From NCBI GenBank assembly GCA_963660615.1, contig CAVKYE010000001.1, forward strand, positions 69,954-133,953: DNA of 64,000 bases, in the 5' to 3' direction. The DNA is from Vescimonas coprocola (lineage in GTDB: Bacteria; Bacillota_I; Bacilli_A; RF39; UBA660). Each line of letters opens with the position of its first letter. Position 1 is the first letter of the stretch. The notes below the pieces were generated by a model. The model did not search any database. It saw only the letters and a list, made by a program, of their open reading frames with translations, and had not been told where the DNA came from. Below, one piece after another: positions 49,593-59,664 of the stretch. The translations under genes and the position numbers were made by a program.

Positions 49593-50890
49593 CTTTTTAA
49601 AGATAATACTCTGTTTTTTATCAATTGTTTATCTTCATCTAACATATCAACAGCTGTTTTCAAAAGTTCATCTAAATAAAATCTCTCTTTACAACAGGTA
49701 TTTTCGTTATATATATACTTTTGCCCAATGCATCCAGATAAACACATTGGATACAATTTGCATTTTTGACATTTGTCAAAATATAATGTATTACACCAAA
49801 TATTATAATTTTTACTAGAAAAGTCAATTCCACTATAAATATCTCCAATTTTATTTAATTCATCATCTGGACACATTTGACATTTTGTAATTATACCAGC
49901 AGGTCCAATTACAAGTGAATCATCATTAGAAGCATAACAATTGTTCTTTTTATATGTTAAAGGGAGTCCATTAACACCTTGAATATGATTATATTTCTTT
50001 AATAATTTGAAAAATTCAATTGAATAATTTCCTATTTGTCGCATTTCTATAAGTTCTTCTTTTGTTAAATTTTGATTTTTAGGTGTTTTAAAAACAACTC
50101 CTAAATATAATAGAAGATTTTTATTACCATGATGTTTTTTTAGTATTTCTTGAACTAACAACATTGCATCATTAAAATTTTCCTTTGTTATATTAAATCT
50201 TATTTGCACGATTATATTTTTATTTAACAAGCAATCAATCATATCCAAATTATGCTGAAAGGCATCAAAATTCTTTATTTTATAGTCCTTACTTTTATTG
50301 TGTTGTTCTTTATTACCATCAAAAGCAAACTCTATTTTATTTAAATGCCAATTTTCTATTGCATACTCAATGTCATCTTTATCAAGCAGTGACAAATTAG
50401 TTGCTATACTTGCTTGATAACTTATGCCATTCTCATTACTGAACTCAATCAAACTTTTAGATATTTTATCAATAATATCTCTACGAACTAATGGTTCTCC
50501 TCCAAACCAATATACTCTTATTTTCTTTTTTTCTTGGCTTTCTTGCTTAATGAAATTTATTGTTTGTTCAACAACCTCATCACTCATATCATATCTTGGT
50601 GAATCATTTTCATAACAAAAAGAGCAATTAGCATTACATTTAGTAGTTGGTAAAATAGTAAAACGTTTATAATCTTTTTCTTTTGATAAATATTCACTTC
50701 GTTTATTAACAACTTCTTCAAATTCATTAAAATCATCAGCAACAAGAAAACCATTTGATACCAAGTCAGAATAATGATTAGCAAACAAATTATCATAGTT
50801 GTCAAATGTAATTAGTTTCGAATTCTTAGTATTGTATATAAAATTCAAACCATTGTGTTGGAATTTTATATTATAAAATGATTCTTTCAT
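49589..50890 (-). CDS. radical SAM enzyme with C-terminal SPASM/twitch Cys-rich domain
   Basis: CNANCSFC (CxxxCxxC) near the N-terminus; C-terminal cluster C..C..C (KCQMCPDDE...CQKCKLYPMCLSGC). Confidence 0.8.
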   Translation of the reverse strand: MKESFYNIKFQHNGLNFIYNTKNSKLITFDNYDNLFANHYSDLVSNGFLVADDFNEFEEVVNKRSEYLSKEKDYKRFTILPTTKCNANCSFCYENDSPRYDMSDEVVEQTINFIKQESQEKKKIRVYWFGGEPLVRRDIIDKISKSLIEFSNENGISYQASIATNLSLLDKDDIEYAIENWHLNKIEFAFDGNKEQHNKSKDYKIKNFDAFQHNLDMIDCLLNKNIIVQIRFNITKENFNDAMLLVQEILKKHHGNKNLLLYLGVVFKTPKNQNLTKEELIEMRQIGNYSIEFFKLLKKYNHIQGVNGLPLTYKKNNCYASNDDSLVIGPAGIITKCQMCPDDELNKIGDIYSGIDFSSKNYNIWCNTLYFDKCQKCKLYPMCLSGCIGQKYIYNENTCCKERFYLDELLKTAVDMLDEDKQLIKNRVLSLKR

Positions 50891-50899
50891 ATTGTCCTC

Positions 50900-51628
50900 C
50901 TATATTATAAGTGATAATCCACCATCAATCACTATACTCTCACCAGTAATATATTTTGCATGATCAGATATTAAAAATAGTATCAAATCAGCAACTTCAT
51001 CTGGTTTTCCATGTCTTTTCATGGGAATATTCATTGCAGCTTCATTTATCAATTCATTATTATTTAAATCTTTTCTTAGTAAAGGTGTATCAATAGAACC
51101 AGGTTCAACACAATTGACCCTTATATTACAAGATGCTAATTGATAAGCCAATTCCTTTGAAATCATTTTAATGGCTGATTTTGATGAAGAATAATGAACT
51201 ATATCTCTAATTATTTCAGTATGAATTGAGGTAACATTAACAATTGACTGATTATTTATTGGAGTTAATTTCATTAATTTAATTATTTCTCTTTCTATAA
51301 AAAATATCGACTTCACAGTAGCATTATACATCTTATCCCATTGCATATAATCAATATTATCAATAGTAACATTTTCTTGATATCCTATTGTATTAATAAT
51401 AAATTTAACCACCAATTTTTGATTATTAATTTTTAACTTAATAAACTTTTTTGCATTTTCAAAATCACTTAAATCTAACTGATAAAATTCATCTTTTTTA
51501 TTCAATAAATCAACTGGTGATTTATCCAATATTATTAACTTTAATTCAGGATAAGTATTCCTTATCTTTTGGTATGTTGCTTTGCCTATACCCGAAGCAG
51601 CCCCAAATAAAAATCCTATTTCTTGCAT
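50900..51628 (-). CDS. short-chain dehydrogenase/reductase (SDR)
   Basis: N-terminal GAASGIGKAT Rossmann motif; YxxxK-like (YSSSK). Confidence 0.7.
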   Translation of the reverse strand: MQEIGFLFGAASGIGKATYQKIRNTYPELKLIILDKSPVDLLNKKDEFYQLDLSDFENAKKFIKLKINNQKLVVKFIINTIGYQENVTIDNIDYMQWDKMYNATVKSIFFIEREIIKLMKLTPINNQSIVNVTSIHTEIIRDIVHYSSSKSAIKMISKELAYQLASCNIRVNCVEPGSIDTPLLRKDLNNNELINEAAMNIPMKRHGKPDEVADLILFLISDHAKYITGESIVIDGGLSLII

Positions 51629-51646
51629 ATTGTCATCTCCTTACTA

Positions 51647-52738
51647 TTATCTTATATAATCATTTGGTGATATTTCTTTTGGCGTTGATTTCCACTTGAA
51701 TGATACTGGATTTGAATCTCCAGAGCAATATTTACACAACTCAACAGGTCTATCTATATATTTAAGAACTAATTTTCTGCTTTTAAAAGATGTTATTTCT
51801 TTATTTGTTTCTGGATAATTGTATTGAAATTTATTATTAAAAATATTAATAAAGATTGATGGTGCACATCTACTTATAACACCATTATATATAATAATAC
51901 ATTTTTCACATTCCTTTGCCACATCTTCAAAGTCTGTTGATTCATTCTCATTTAAAATTTTATTAAATCTATCACCTAGTCTAAATATTTCATAACTTAC
52001 ACCATTTTTCATAAGTCTTGATTCAACCTCATTTCTTCTCTTCATCATTGGTGGATATAATGAAATTGAAATTGAAATATTTAACCTTGATAACTCTTTT
52101 AAAAATTCTTCTGATTTTGATAATAATAATATTCCATTTGTTATTATTTTCATGTTTGAATATGGATATATTTGTTTTGTATATTTAATATAGTCTAAAA
52201 TGTCATCACACAACAAAGGTTCTCCACCTAAAAATCTAAACTCAAATATTTTAAAACCTAATTTATTAATATTATTAATATCTTTTTTGTATTGTTCTAA
52301 ATCATAAAATTTTTCTTCGGCTTGTAGGTTTGAAAAATGATAACATCTATTACATTTTAAATTACAATGTATTGCAATTGGTATTTGAATTTTATCGATC
52401 CAATAATAGGCTAAATATTTTGATATAACGCCATCAATATTATCAACTTTGTTGGTATATATATAACTAAGCTTATTTATGTCATATATATATACATTTG
52501 TTTTATCAAAATTTAGTGAAGTAATTATCAATTCTCTCTTTTTTTCATTTAGTGATGATGGTAACACCAAAATTGAATTGTCAAATTCTTTATTTGTGAT
52601 ATTTAAATCTTCATAATTATTAAAGTATATTTTAGTATACATATCATATACTTTTGTAAAAGTAAGATTTAAAAAGTCACTAAATTCATCTTTCTCATTA
52701 TCTATCATTATTATTGCATTTTGCATGATTACCTCCAT
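51647..52738 (-). CDS. radical SAM enzyme with C-terminal SPASM/twitch domain
   Basis: CNLKCNRCYH (CxxxCxxC); C-terminal CEKC...C...CKYCSG. Confidence 0.75.
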   Translation of the reverse strand: MEVIMQNAIIMIDNEKDEFSDFLNLTFTKVYDMYTKIYFNNYEDLNITNKEFDNSILVLPSSLNEKKRELIITSLNFDKTNVYIYDINKLSYIYTNKVDNIDGVISKYLAYYWIDKIQIPIAIHCNLKCNRCYHFSNLQAEEKFYDLEQYKKDINNINKLGFKIFEFRFLGGEPLLCDDILDYIKYTKQIYPYSNMKIITNGILLLSKSEEFLKELSRLNISISISLYPPMMKRRNEVESRLMKNGVSYEIFRLGDRFNKILNENESTDFEDVAKECEKCIIIYNGVISRCAPSIFINIFNNKFQYNYPETNKEITSFKSRKLVLKYIDRPVELCKYCSGDSNPVSFKWKSTPKEISPNDYIR

Positions 52739-53756
52739 TATTACGTTTAATTATTATACATAGAAATTTTTTTACAAGTTGTTTTGCTTGTTTTACTAAT
52801 CCTCTAAACGATAATTTTATTTTTACAAAAACATTTGGGTTTATATAAATATTGTAATTTTTTGAATTTTCTATGCTAAAATGTTTTTTTAATAAACTAT
52901 TTCCTCTTGAAAAATCAAAAACATTATATTCTTTATCCTTCAAATAATTTAACAAATGATATATTACCAATTTACCTGGCTGAAAGCGACTATATTCCTT
53001 ATCAAATGCCATATGATATGCCATAAAATTACTAGGAGTGGCTATCAATCCAATCATGTGAGCTATTGGAATATTATTATAGTATAAAATACAAAGCATA
53101 CTATAATCAGTTTTAGAAATATTTCTAAATAATTCTCTTGCCTTCTCATCAACAAATAAAGCTTTACTCTTTTTTATTTTATTGCTTCTACTTTCTATGT
53201 CAAAAATTATATCTATGTAATCTTGTACATCCTTTCCAGATATAATTTTAAATGATAAGTTGTTATTTTTTCTCAATATACTTTCAATATATCTTTTTTC
53301 TTTTCTTTTAATAACAGAATCTAAATCCTGGTTTAAGGAAACAAATGGATTATCTGAAGCAAATTCTGTAATACACTTTTGCTCTTTTATACTATTTATA
53401 TTAAAATTGCATTCTAATAAAGTAATTGTTTTTTTACTTTCTATGCAATATTTCTCTAAAGTTTTAATAATTTCTCTTATATCACCATCATATAGAAAAG
53501 AAACTTTATCTAAATATCTTCCACCTATAACTACCAAATTTTTAAAGGGCATTTTTATTAAAGGTAAAATAAATTGTATTGAATTATTATTATAACCTTT
53601 TAATATAGTATATTGATGACTTTGATAAACTGAAATATAATTTTGAAACCACCATAAAGAATTGAAATAATTTCGAGTAGCATTTTGTTGCCATAGTTTT
53701 TTCCATTCCTCTTTTGTTTTAGCATCAAGTTTATCTATTTCTTTTATAATTAACAT
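52698..53756 (-). CDS. FemAB/GNAT-like acyl/aminoacyl-transferase family protein (uncertain)
   Basis: 352 aa; architecture reminiscent of BioF2-like/FemAB acetyltransferase-fold proteins found in glycan clusters; by memory. Confidence 0.3.
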   Translation of the reverse strand: MLIIKEIDKLDAKTKEEWKKLWQQNATRNYFNSLWWFQNYISVYQSHQYTILKGYNNNSIQFILPLIKMPFKNLVVIGGRYLDKVSFLYDGDIREIIKTLEKYCIESKKTITLLECNFNINSIKEQKCITEFASDNPFVSLNQDLDSVIKRKEKRYIESILRKNNNLSFKIISGKDVQDYIDIIFDIESRSNKIKKSKALFVDEKARELFRNISKTDYSMLCILYYNNIPIAHMIGLIATPSNFMAYHMAFDKEYSRFQPGKLVIYHLLNYLKDKEYNVFDFSRGNSLLKKHFSIENSKNYNIYINPNVFVKIKLSFRGLVKQAKQLVKKFLCIIIKRNNGGNHAKCNNNDR

Positions 53757-54561
53757 AGCTCTTATACCTCACAATATCATAAATATCCGTCAAATCATTG
53801 CTTTTTTTCTTCAACACTATAAATAATTTATACTTAATAAGTTTTAAGAAAAGTCTTATCTTGTGATATTTTTTATCTAATAGATAATCACTCTTTCCTT
53901 GAATTTCTATTCTTTTTATAGCAACTTCATAATTACCAGTCCAGTAATGAATAACATATAATTTAGGATCATATATCATATTAATACCATTTTTTCGTGC
54001 TATATCCTGTATTAAAACATCTTCATTAGCACCTAATTTACTACCGTCATGACCGAAATTATTATTGAATCCATTTACTTTGTTGAAAGTTTCTTTTGTC
54101 ATAACTAATAGACATCCACCCAAATATTTATATTTTGGTAATATTTTTTTATCATCACCAAAATCTTTCATTCCAGCAATATATTGATATTTGATAGGTA
54201 AAAACTTAGGAATTTCCTTTGGAATTATTTTACCACCAACTATTGCTTTCAATGATTTATTGTTAGCGTAGCTATTTAAAGCTCCGAAAAACGAAGATTT
54301 GGGTATTATATCATCATCTAAAAACACTAATAACTCATTAGAAGCTTCCTTCGCACCTCTGTTTCTTGCATTACTTAATCCTGTTTTTTCTTCATGATAA
54401 TAATGAATTGCTTTATTCTTCTTATATTGCTGCAATGCTTTATTTTCACTATTATCAATAAGAATTATTTCATTTTCATTAAGATGTTTTATTAAAGAAT
54501 TTAGTAATTCATTCAATTTTCTTGATTTTCCTATTGAAGAAATTATATATGATACTTTCAT
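53731..54561 (-). CDS. family 2 glycosyltransferase
   Basis: IILIDNSEN...VFLDDDIIP (GT-A fold DxD). Confidence 0.7.
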   Translation of the reverse strand: MKVSYIISSIGKSRKLNELLNSLIKHLNENEIILIDNSENKALQQYKKNKAIHYYHEEKTGLSNARNRGAKEASNELLVFLDDDIIPKSSFFGALNSYANNKSLKAIVGGKIIPKEIPKFLPIKYQYIAGMKDFGDDKKILPKYKYLGGCLLVMTKETFNKVNGFNNNFGHDGSKLGANEDVLIQDIARKNGINMIYDPKLYVIHYWTGNYEVAIKRIEIQGKSDYLLDKKYHKIRLFLKLIKYKLFIVLKKKSNDLTDIYDIVRYKSYVNYKRNR

Positions 54562-54572
54562 ATTGATTTCAC

Positions 54573-55610
54573 CTAACCTTTATGATTTTCAACACACTTT
54601 TCGCAGTATTTCGTTACTACAGGATCATTAATAAATCTTTTTCGCATTTGTTGCATATAAACATTATTCCAAATGTCTTCCTTATCATTTATATTTCCAT
54701 ATTCACTAGATGGATTAATAACTCTTCCACAACTTCCCATGTTTCCATAAGCATCAAATGATAAATTTTTAAAATACCAGTCACAATTTTTACAATAATT
54801 ACTTTTGGTGATTTTGTGTGGTAAATTTGTCTTTGTACGAATATTTGATTTTGCATAATTATATAACTCATCTATCTTATCATTAAAATCATCTAAATCT
54901 GTTAATGCGTCTTTAATATCAAAATCTATGTATCTATGTAAATCAATTCTATCTACATTCAAATTATCACAAAACTTTAAAAATTCATAACTACTGTTCA
55001 TAAACTCATGACTACAAACACCACTAACTACAATTTCTGCTTTTGATTTATACTTCTTTTTAGCTTCAACAAGTTTTTTTATGTTTGATACTGTTTTATC
55101 AAATATAACATTTTTAACCTTACATATTGAACTATATTCTTCTGAGTTTGATGCATTTAAACTTATAGATATTTGATTTAACATTTTTTCTTTCATTAAA
55201 AATTCAATTAAATCATCATTTAATAAAGTTCCATTTGTAATAATATTTATTTTCTTTTTGTTTTTAGATGTTAATTTTATTATTTCTTTAAATTGTGGAT
55301 GAAGTAGTGACTCACCTACACCACCCAACATTACAAAAACTGATTCTGGGAACTTCTTATATATTTTTTCAAGCATATCTAAGCTTATAAATTTTTTGCT
55401 AAGTTGTTTTTGATACTCAAAGTCATTATTTTTTCCAGAATGATGAGGACACATTTCGCATCTTAAATTGCATAAATCTGATACATAAATAAGCAACCAA
55501 ATAGGTCTATAATTTAAAATTGTATCCTTTTTATTACTCTTTTTGTATAAGTAATAATTGTAAATTTGTTTAATACTAAATCCATACTTCAAGTTTTTTA
55601 AATTCACCAT
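54573..55610 (-). CDS. radical SAM enzyme with C-terminal SPASM/twitch domain
   Basis: CNLRCEMCPHH (CxxxCxxC); C-terminal CKNCDWY...CGRV...CEKCVENH. Confidence 0.75.
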   Translation of the reverse strand: MVNLKNLKYGFSIKQIYNYYLYKKSNKKDTILNYRPIWLLIYVSDLCNLRCEMCPHHSGKNNDFEYQKQLSKKFISLDMLEKIYKKFPESVFVMLGGVGESLLHPQFKEIIKLTSKNKKKINIITNGTLLNDDLIEFLMKEKMLNQISISLNASNSEEYSSICKVKNVIFDKTVSNIKKLVEAKKKYKSKAEIVVSGVCSHEFMNSSYEFLKFCDNLNVDRIDLHRYIDFDIKDALTDLDDFNDKIDELYNYAKSNIRTKTNLPHKITKSNYCKNCDWYFKNLSFDAYGNMGSCGRVINPSSEYGNINDKEDIWNNVYMQQMRKRFINDPVVTKYCEKCVENHKG

Positions 55611-55618
55611 TTTTTCAC

Positions 55619-56293
55619 CTACCTATCCAAATAGTTCTGATTCAAAATTTTTCTTTTTATAAAAGCTAAATGTAAATAAATATTTCCTAATTTTGAAACG
55701 AATAATTTATATTTATTAAAATTTAAATAACCATTAATACATATTCTAGGAATTTCCTGTTTGTTAAATGATTTGTTAACATGAAAAGGTAATACTGTCA
55801 TTCCATAATCAAAACCAGAATTTGACATTTCATCTTTCACAGTATTATTATATTTTCCCATTGGATAAACCAAAATTTTCTTTGATATATAAGATTTAGT
55901 AACAGTCAATTCCTTTTTTAATACCAAAGTTGATAAAGTCGATAGATCCAAATGACTTTTTGTATGAAAGTAGAACTGTGCATACTTTAATCTTTTTAGT
56001 TCTGGCTCTGTCAAAAATCCTTTTTTACCAATATTGTCTTCTATGATAGCTAAAGAATATTTTATAGAATTTTGTTCTAAATATTCTATAGCAGGTTTTA
56101 TTGATTTTAAACCGTCATCAAACATAATCATAATATTATTTCCAGTTGTAGCATTTATAAATTCGTCAAAATGGCAAAAGTTGAATTTTTTTCTTTTTAA
56201 ATACTTTAATTGCATTAAGAACATATTCATTGGAACTTCCATAAATTTATCTGAATTGCCAATTCCGTGATATACAGTAATAATTCTCTTCAT
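55619..56293 (-). CDS. polysaccharide deacetylase family protein (NodB-like)
   Basis: ITVYHGIGNS...MFDDGLKS resembles the NodB motif 1 (TFDDG). Confidence 0.55.
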   Translation of the reverse strand: MKRIITVYHGIGNSDKFMEVPMNMFLMQLKYLKRKKFNFCHFDEFINATTGNNIMIMFDDGLKSIKPAIEYLEQNSIKYSLAIIEDNIGKKGFLTEPELKRLKYAQFYFHTKSHLDLSTLSTLVLKKELTVTKSYISKKILVYPMGKYNNTVKDEMSNSGFDYGMTVLPFHVNKSFNKQEIPRICINGYLNFNKYKLFVSKLGNIYLHLAFIKRKILNQNYLDR

Positions 56294-57450
56294 TATTTTT
56301 TCACCAACTTTTCTATAGCTACATTTATGTCGTATTTTTCTATAATGAATTTTTGTTGATTCATAATTATATTTTTTAATGAATGTGTATCTAATTTATT
56401 TATTTGTTCTATTTGCCTAGCCAGTTCCTCAGGAGTATTTCCTAAGAATACAAACTTCTTTATGTCTTCTTCTACACCTTCAATTCCTAAGCTATTTGAT
56501 ACAATTGGTAATCCTACACTTGCTGCCTGTAAAATTTTATTTTTAACACCTGAACCTGCTATAATAGGACATATATACATATCATATTTTTGAAGTTCTT
56601 TTTTCATGTCGTCAACATAACCAACGAAATGAACATTATTTGATTCTAAACTTTTTAGTTCTTCTGAACAGTTTTTTCCTACAAAAGACACACTATAATT
56701 AAAACCAAGTAATGGCATTATTTTCTCAACGATATAGTGGACTGCAAGAATATTTGGTTCATAATCCATCATTCCCGAAAAAACAATTTTAGTTCTCTTA
56801 TTTTTTGCCTTAGGTGATACATTTTCATTTATCCATTTTTCAGTATCTATTGAATTATTTATTACTACCATATTATTCAAATCAATATTCCATTTATCTA
56901 TAAGATATTTTTTATCTTCTTCTGAACAAATAATTGTATTATATTTCTTAATAATTGAGGTTTCATAAATTTTGTGTTTTATATATTCCTCTTCACTTAT
57001 TATCTTTTTTATGCCTTTACTTTGCTTTCTTATCCTATCATAATACTTTGTTAGACTATCAGTAATATCAATATATACTTTAGATTTATCAAAGTATTTA
57101 CCATACTGTGCCATTCTTAATCTTTTAACATAAATCATATCATAATCTGTTTTTGATTTTTTTAAATATTTATGCAATTTTTTATTGTACACATATAGGG
57201 TTCTTAAAGTATACGGAGAAAGTATTCCAATAAAGCAATTTATTAAAGAAATAATCTTTGTTTGCTTAAATAAAATAACTTTGTCCACCATTTGTTTTGT
57301 TTCTTCTAAATATACCAAGTCTTTTTTAGACGAGTATAATGATATCAAAGTAATATTACATCCCTTATTTTTTAAAGCTTTAATAATATTTTTACTTCTT
57401 ACTCTTGAAAAATCATTTGGTAAAGACGGTGCTATATAAAGTATCTCCAT
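56293..57450 (-). CDS. family 4 (GT-B) glycosyltransferase
   Basis: C-terminal GT4 signature (CPIIAGSGVKNKILQAASVGLPIVS). Likely start MEILYIAPS at 57450. Confidence 0.7.
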   Translation of the reverse strand: MEILYIAPSLPNDFSRVRSKNIIKALKNKGCNITLISLYSSKKDLVYLEETKQMVDKVILFKQTKIISLINCFIGILSPYTLRTLYVYNKKLHKYLKKSKTDYDMIYVKRLRMAQYGKYFDKSKVYIDITDSLTKYYDRIRKQSKGIKKIISEEEYIKHKIYETSIIKKYNTIICSEEDKKYLIDKWNIDLNNMVVINNSIDTEKWINENVSPKAKNKRTKIVFSGMMDYEPNILAVHYIVEKIMPLLGFNYSVSFVGKNCSEELKSLESNNVHFVGYVDDMKKELQKYDMYICPIIAGSGVKNKILQAASVGLPIVSNSLGIEGVEEDIKKFVFLGNTPEELARQIEQINKLDTHSLKNIIMNQQKFIIEKYDINVAIEKLVKK

Positions 57451-58603
57451 AAACATTTTCCTCCTCGTATTTTTCTTTGAAAATTTGATAGTTACGCTCA
57501 CCAAGTTTTTTTAATCTTGGTGGATTTGATAATAACTTTTGTATTGAATTTATTATTTCTGCATCATCATCAACTATAAAAGTCCCTTTAACACTTGGTA
57601 ATCCTTCAGCACCTAATTTGGTACTAACAACCGTTTTACTATGTGACCAATATTCCAATATTTTAATTCTTGTTCCACTACCAAAATATACAGGAACTAC
57701 ACAAATCCAAGATTCATCAATAAGTTTATTTTTTAATTTTTCCTCTGCATTTTCATATATTTTAATATTCATTTTACCGTCGTATTCTTTTATATCAGAA
57801 TTTATAGCTGATCCCACAATGTTAAATTTAATAGATGGGTTGTTTAAATATAATTTTGTATAAATATTCTTAATAAAGTGTATTAGTCCATGTTTATTTG
57901 GTTTCCAAGATAAACTACCAACGAATATTAAAGTAGGACTATTACTATATTTAGCTAAATCATTTCTCATATTTGCATAGGTATTATTTACAACAAATGA
58001 TTTTTTCTTTATTTTTTTTGAACAAGAAAAAGCTTTCAAATCTCGTTCACTGACAAAGAAATTGCTTTTAGATTCACTTAAAGCTTGAATTTCTACATTT
58101 TTCATAAGTCTTGATTCTCTTTTCAACATTATGTTCATTGGAAATGTTTCGTACTCTGATGTTCTTTTAATTAATTCATATTCAACATTGTGATCATCAA
58201 AATAGAATGGAATATTATTAATATGCTTTTTGTATTGTACTGTTGCAATTTCGGCAAAGAAAACAAAATCATATTGATTATCTGTACATAATTGATTTAT
58301 TTTATTTGCAATTTCCTTATTATAGTATTGCAGATTTATAATTGGTTCTTTACTTATAAAACTATCTAGTGTATTTTTCATAAGAGTTTTCTTTGTTCGA
58401 ACAAAAGGATATCCATATATATTATTTGTATATTTTTTTAATTCTTTAATTTTACTATTTCCAAAATCTTTATTCCAATATCCAATAACATCAACTTTAT
58501 AATACTTTGACAAAAATTTTATCCAAGCAGAATTTCTTTTTAATCCACCTCCATAAGCAGGTGCAGGTACAAACTTTGTTATAAATAATATTTTCTTTTT
58601 CAT
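57413..58603 (-). CDS. family 4 (GT-B) glycosyltransferase
   Basis: VPVYFGSGTRIKILEYWSHSKTVVSTKLGAEGL (EX7E-like GT4 region). Confidence 0.7.
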   Translation of the reverse strand: MKKKILFITKFVPAPAYGGGLKRNSAWIKFLSKYYKVDVIGYWNKDFGNSKIKELKKYTNNIYGYPFVRTKKTLMKNTLDSFISKEPIINLQYYNKEIANKINQLCTDNQYDFVFFAEIATVQYKKHINNIPFYFDDHNVEYELIKRTSEYETFPMNIMLKRESRLMKNVEIQALSESKSNFFVSERDLKAFSCSKKIKKKSFVVNNTYANMRNDLAKYSNSPTLIFVGSLSWKPNKHGLIHFIKNIYTKLYLNNPSIKFNIVGSAINSDIKEYDGKMNIKIYENAEEKLKNKLIDESWICVVPVYFGSGTRIKILEYWSHSKTVVSTKLGAEGLPSVKGTFIVDDDAEIINSIQKLLSNPPRLKKLGERNYQIFKEKYEEENVYGDTLYSTVFTK

Positions 58604-58617
58604 AAAAACCTCCTAAA

Positions 58618-59454
58618 TTAGAAAATTATCAATATATCTAAATTACCAAAAATTGTATAGTCAGAGTATGGTAATATAAAATATGTTTCGTCTTTTTTTA
58701 CCTTTAAAGATTTATTTGCTATATTTATAGTCCCATTACCGTTCAATACTAGCACTATTTGACAACAATTTTTTTTACCGAAATACTTTTCTCCTTTTAG
58801 ACAAACTTTGTTTATTTTGAAATTTGAGCTTTTAAATCTTTTAAAATTATGGTATATATTTTTTCTCATTTTGAACTTGCTAAAACGTGCGTTTTCAACA
58901 AACTCTTTTTGAGTTAATTCCCTATTATTATCCCAATCAAAATATCTATAAGTTACGTCATAATTATTTTGAACCTCACATACAACATTATTTTCTAATA
59001 TCGAATGTATAGTACCTGGATTAACAACTGCAAAATCATATTTATTACAAGTAATTATATTAGAGTTAGATAATATAGTATCTAAATTTAAATTCCTTTT
59101 CTTAATACTTTTATTTAAACCTAATAATATTTTAGAATTATGTTTTAAAAATAGCCATGTTTCTTTTTTACTTTTAGGATGAACCTGTAATGAAAGTTTT
59201 TTTGAAGAATATATATATTTAATTAAGAAAGAAAATTGCTTTCTTCTTAAATATTTTTTCCCAAAAAACTCTTCTTTTTGAGGACCAATATATAGTTGAT
59301 ATAAACTATAAATGTTTTTATTATCATCTTCAATATAGTTTGACTGTTGATTATTTACTTCAAATTTAATTACCTCACCTATTACTTTTTTATTTATTTT
59401 TTTAGCACCCCATATTTTTTCTACATCAATACTAATGACTTTATAAATTTTCAT
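58618..59454 (-). CDS. type I phosphomannose isomerase-like protein
   Basis: LSLQVHPKSKKE matches the class I PMI LSxQVHP motif. ATG at 59454 (MKIYKV) with GGTTGAGGTG upstream. Confidence 0.55.
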   Translation of the reverse strand: MKIYKVISIDVEKIWGAKKINKKVIGEVIKFEVNNQQSNYIEDDNKNIYSLYQLYIGPQKEEFFGKKYLRRKQFSFLIKYIYSSKKLSLQVHPKSKKETWLFLKHNSKILLGLNKSIKKRNLNLDTILSNSNIITCNKYDFAVVNPGTIHSILENNVVCEVQNNYDVTYRYFDWDNNRELTQKEFVENARFSKFKMRKNIYHNFKRFKSSNFKINKVCLKGEKYFGKKNCCQIVLVLNGNGTINIANKSLKVKKDETYFILPYSDYTIFGNLDILIIF

Positions 59455-59461
59455 ATACACC

Positions 59462-59550
59462 TCAACCAAAAAAGGGGACAAAAAGCAATCGATTGCCTTT
59501 TATCCCTATTCTCATACTGTACTCTCCTAAGTTTGTTGGCAATCGCCACC
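59462..59550 (-). promoter_or_regulatory. structured, relatively GC-rich 5' leader with alternative hairpins and a terminator-like element (possible attenuator/riboswitch-like control) in front of the glycan cluster
   Basis: Minus-strand RNA: ...GGGGUGGCGAUUGCCAAC...AAAGGCAAUCGAUUGCUUUUUGUCCCCUUUUUUGG. CGAUUGCC in the first element can pair with GGCAAUCG of the second, which otherwise forms GCAAUCGAUUGC + U-run. Confidence 0.35.
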
Positions 59551-59565
59551 CCAAATTTGCTCTTT

Positions 59566-59644
59566 ATTCTACATTATTTTATTAAAATAGTCAATAATTT
59601 ACTTTAATTTTGATAGTATTGTACTTTAATTTTGATAGTATTGT
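59566..59644 (-). promoter_or_regulatory. promoter of the glycan cluster: -35 TTGACT / 17 nt / -10 TAGAAT, preceded by a perfect 22-bp tandem duplication
   Basis: Minus strand: TTGACT(59594..59589)-17 nt-TAGAAT(59571..59566). Directly upstream, ACAATACTATCAAAATTAAAGT x2 (forward coordinates 59601..59622 and 59623..59644). Confidence 0.5.
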
Positions 59645-59664
59645 ATAATTAAAAGAATCTGATT

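Noticed and set aside
49531-49818. 95-aa plus-strand ORF as a possible radical-SAM precursor peptide
   Set aside because: It is fully antisense to the 5' end of the radical-SAM gene 49589..50890 and its composition is frame-artefact-like. No credible precursor found.
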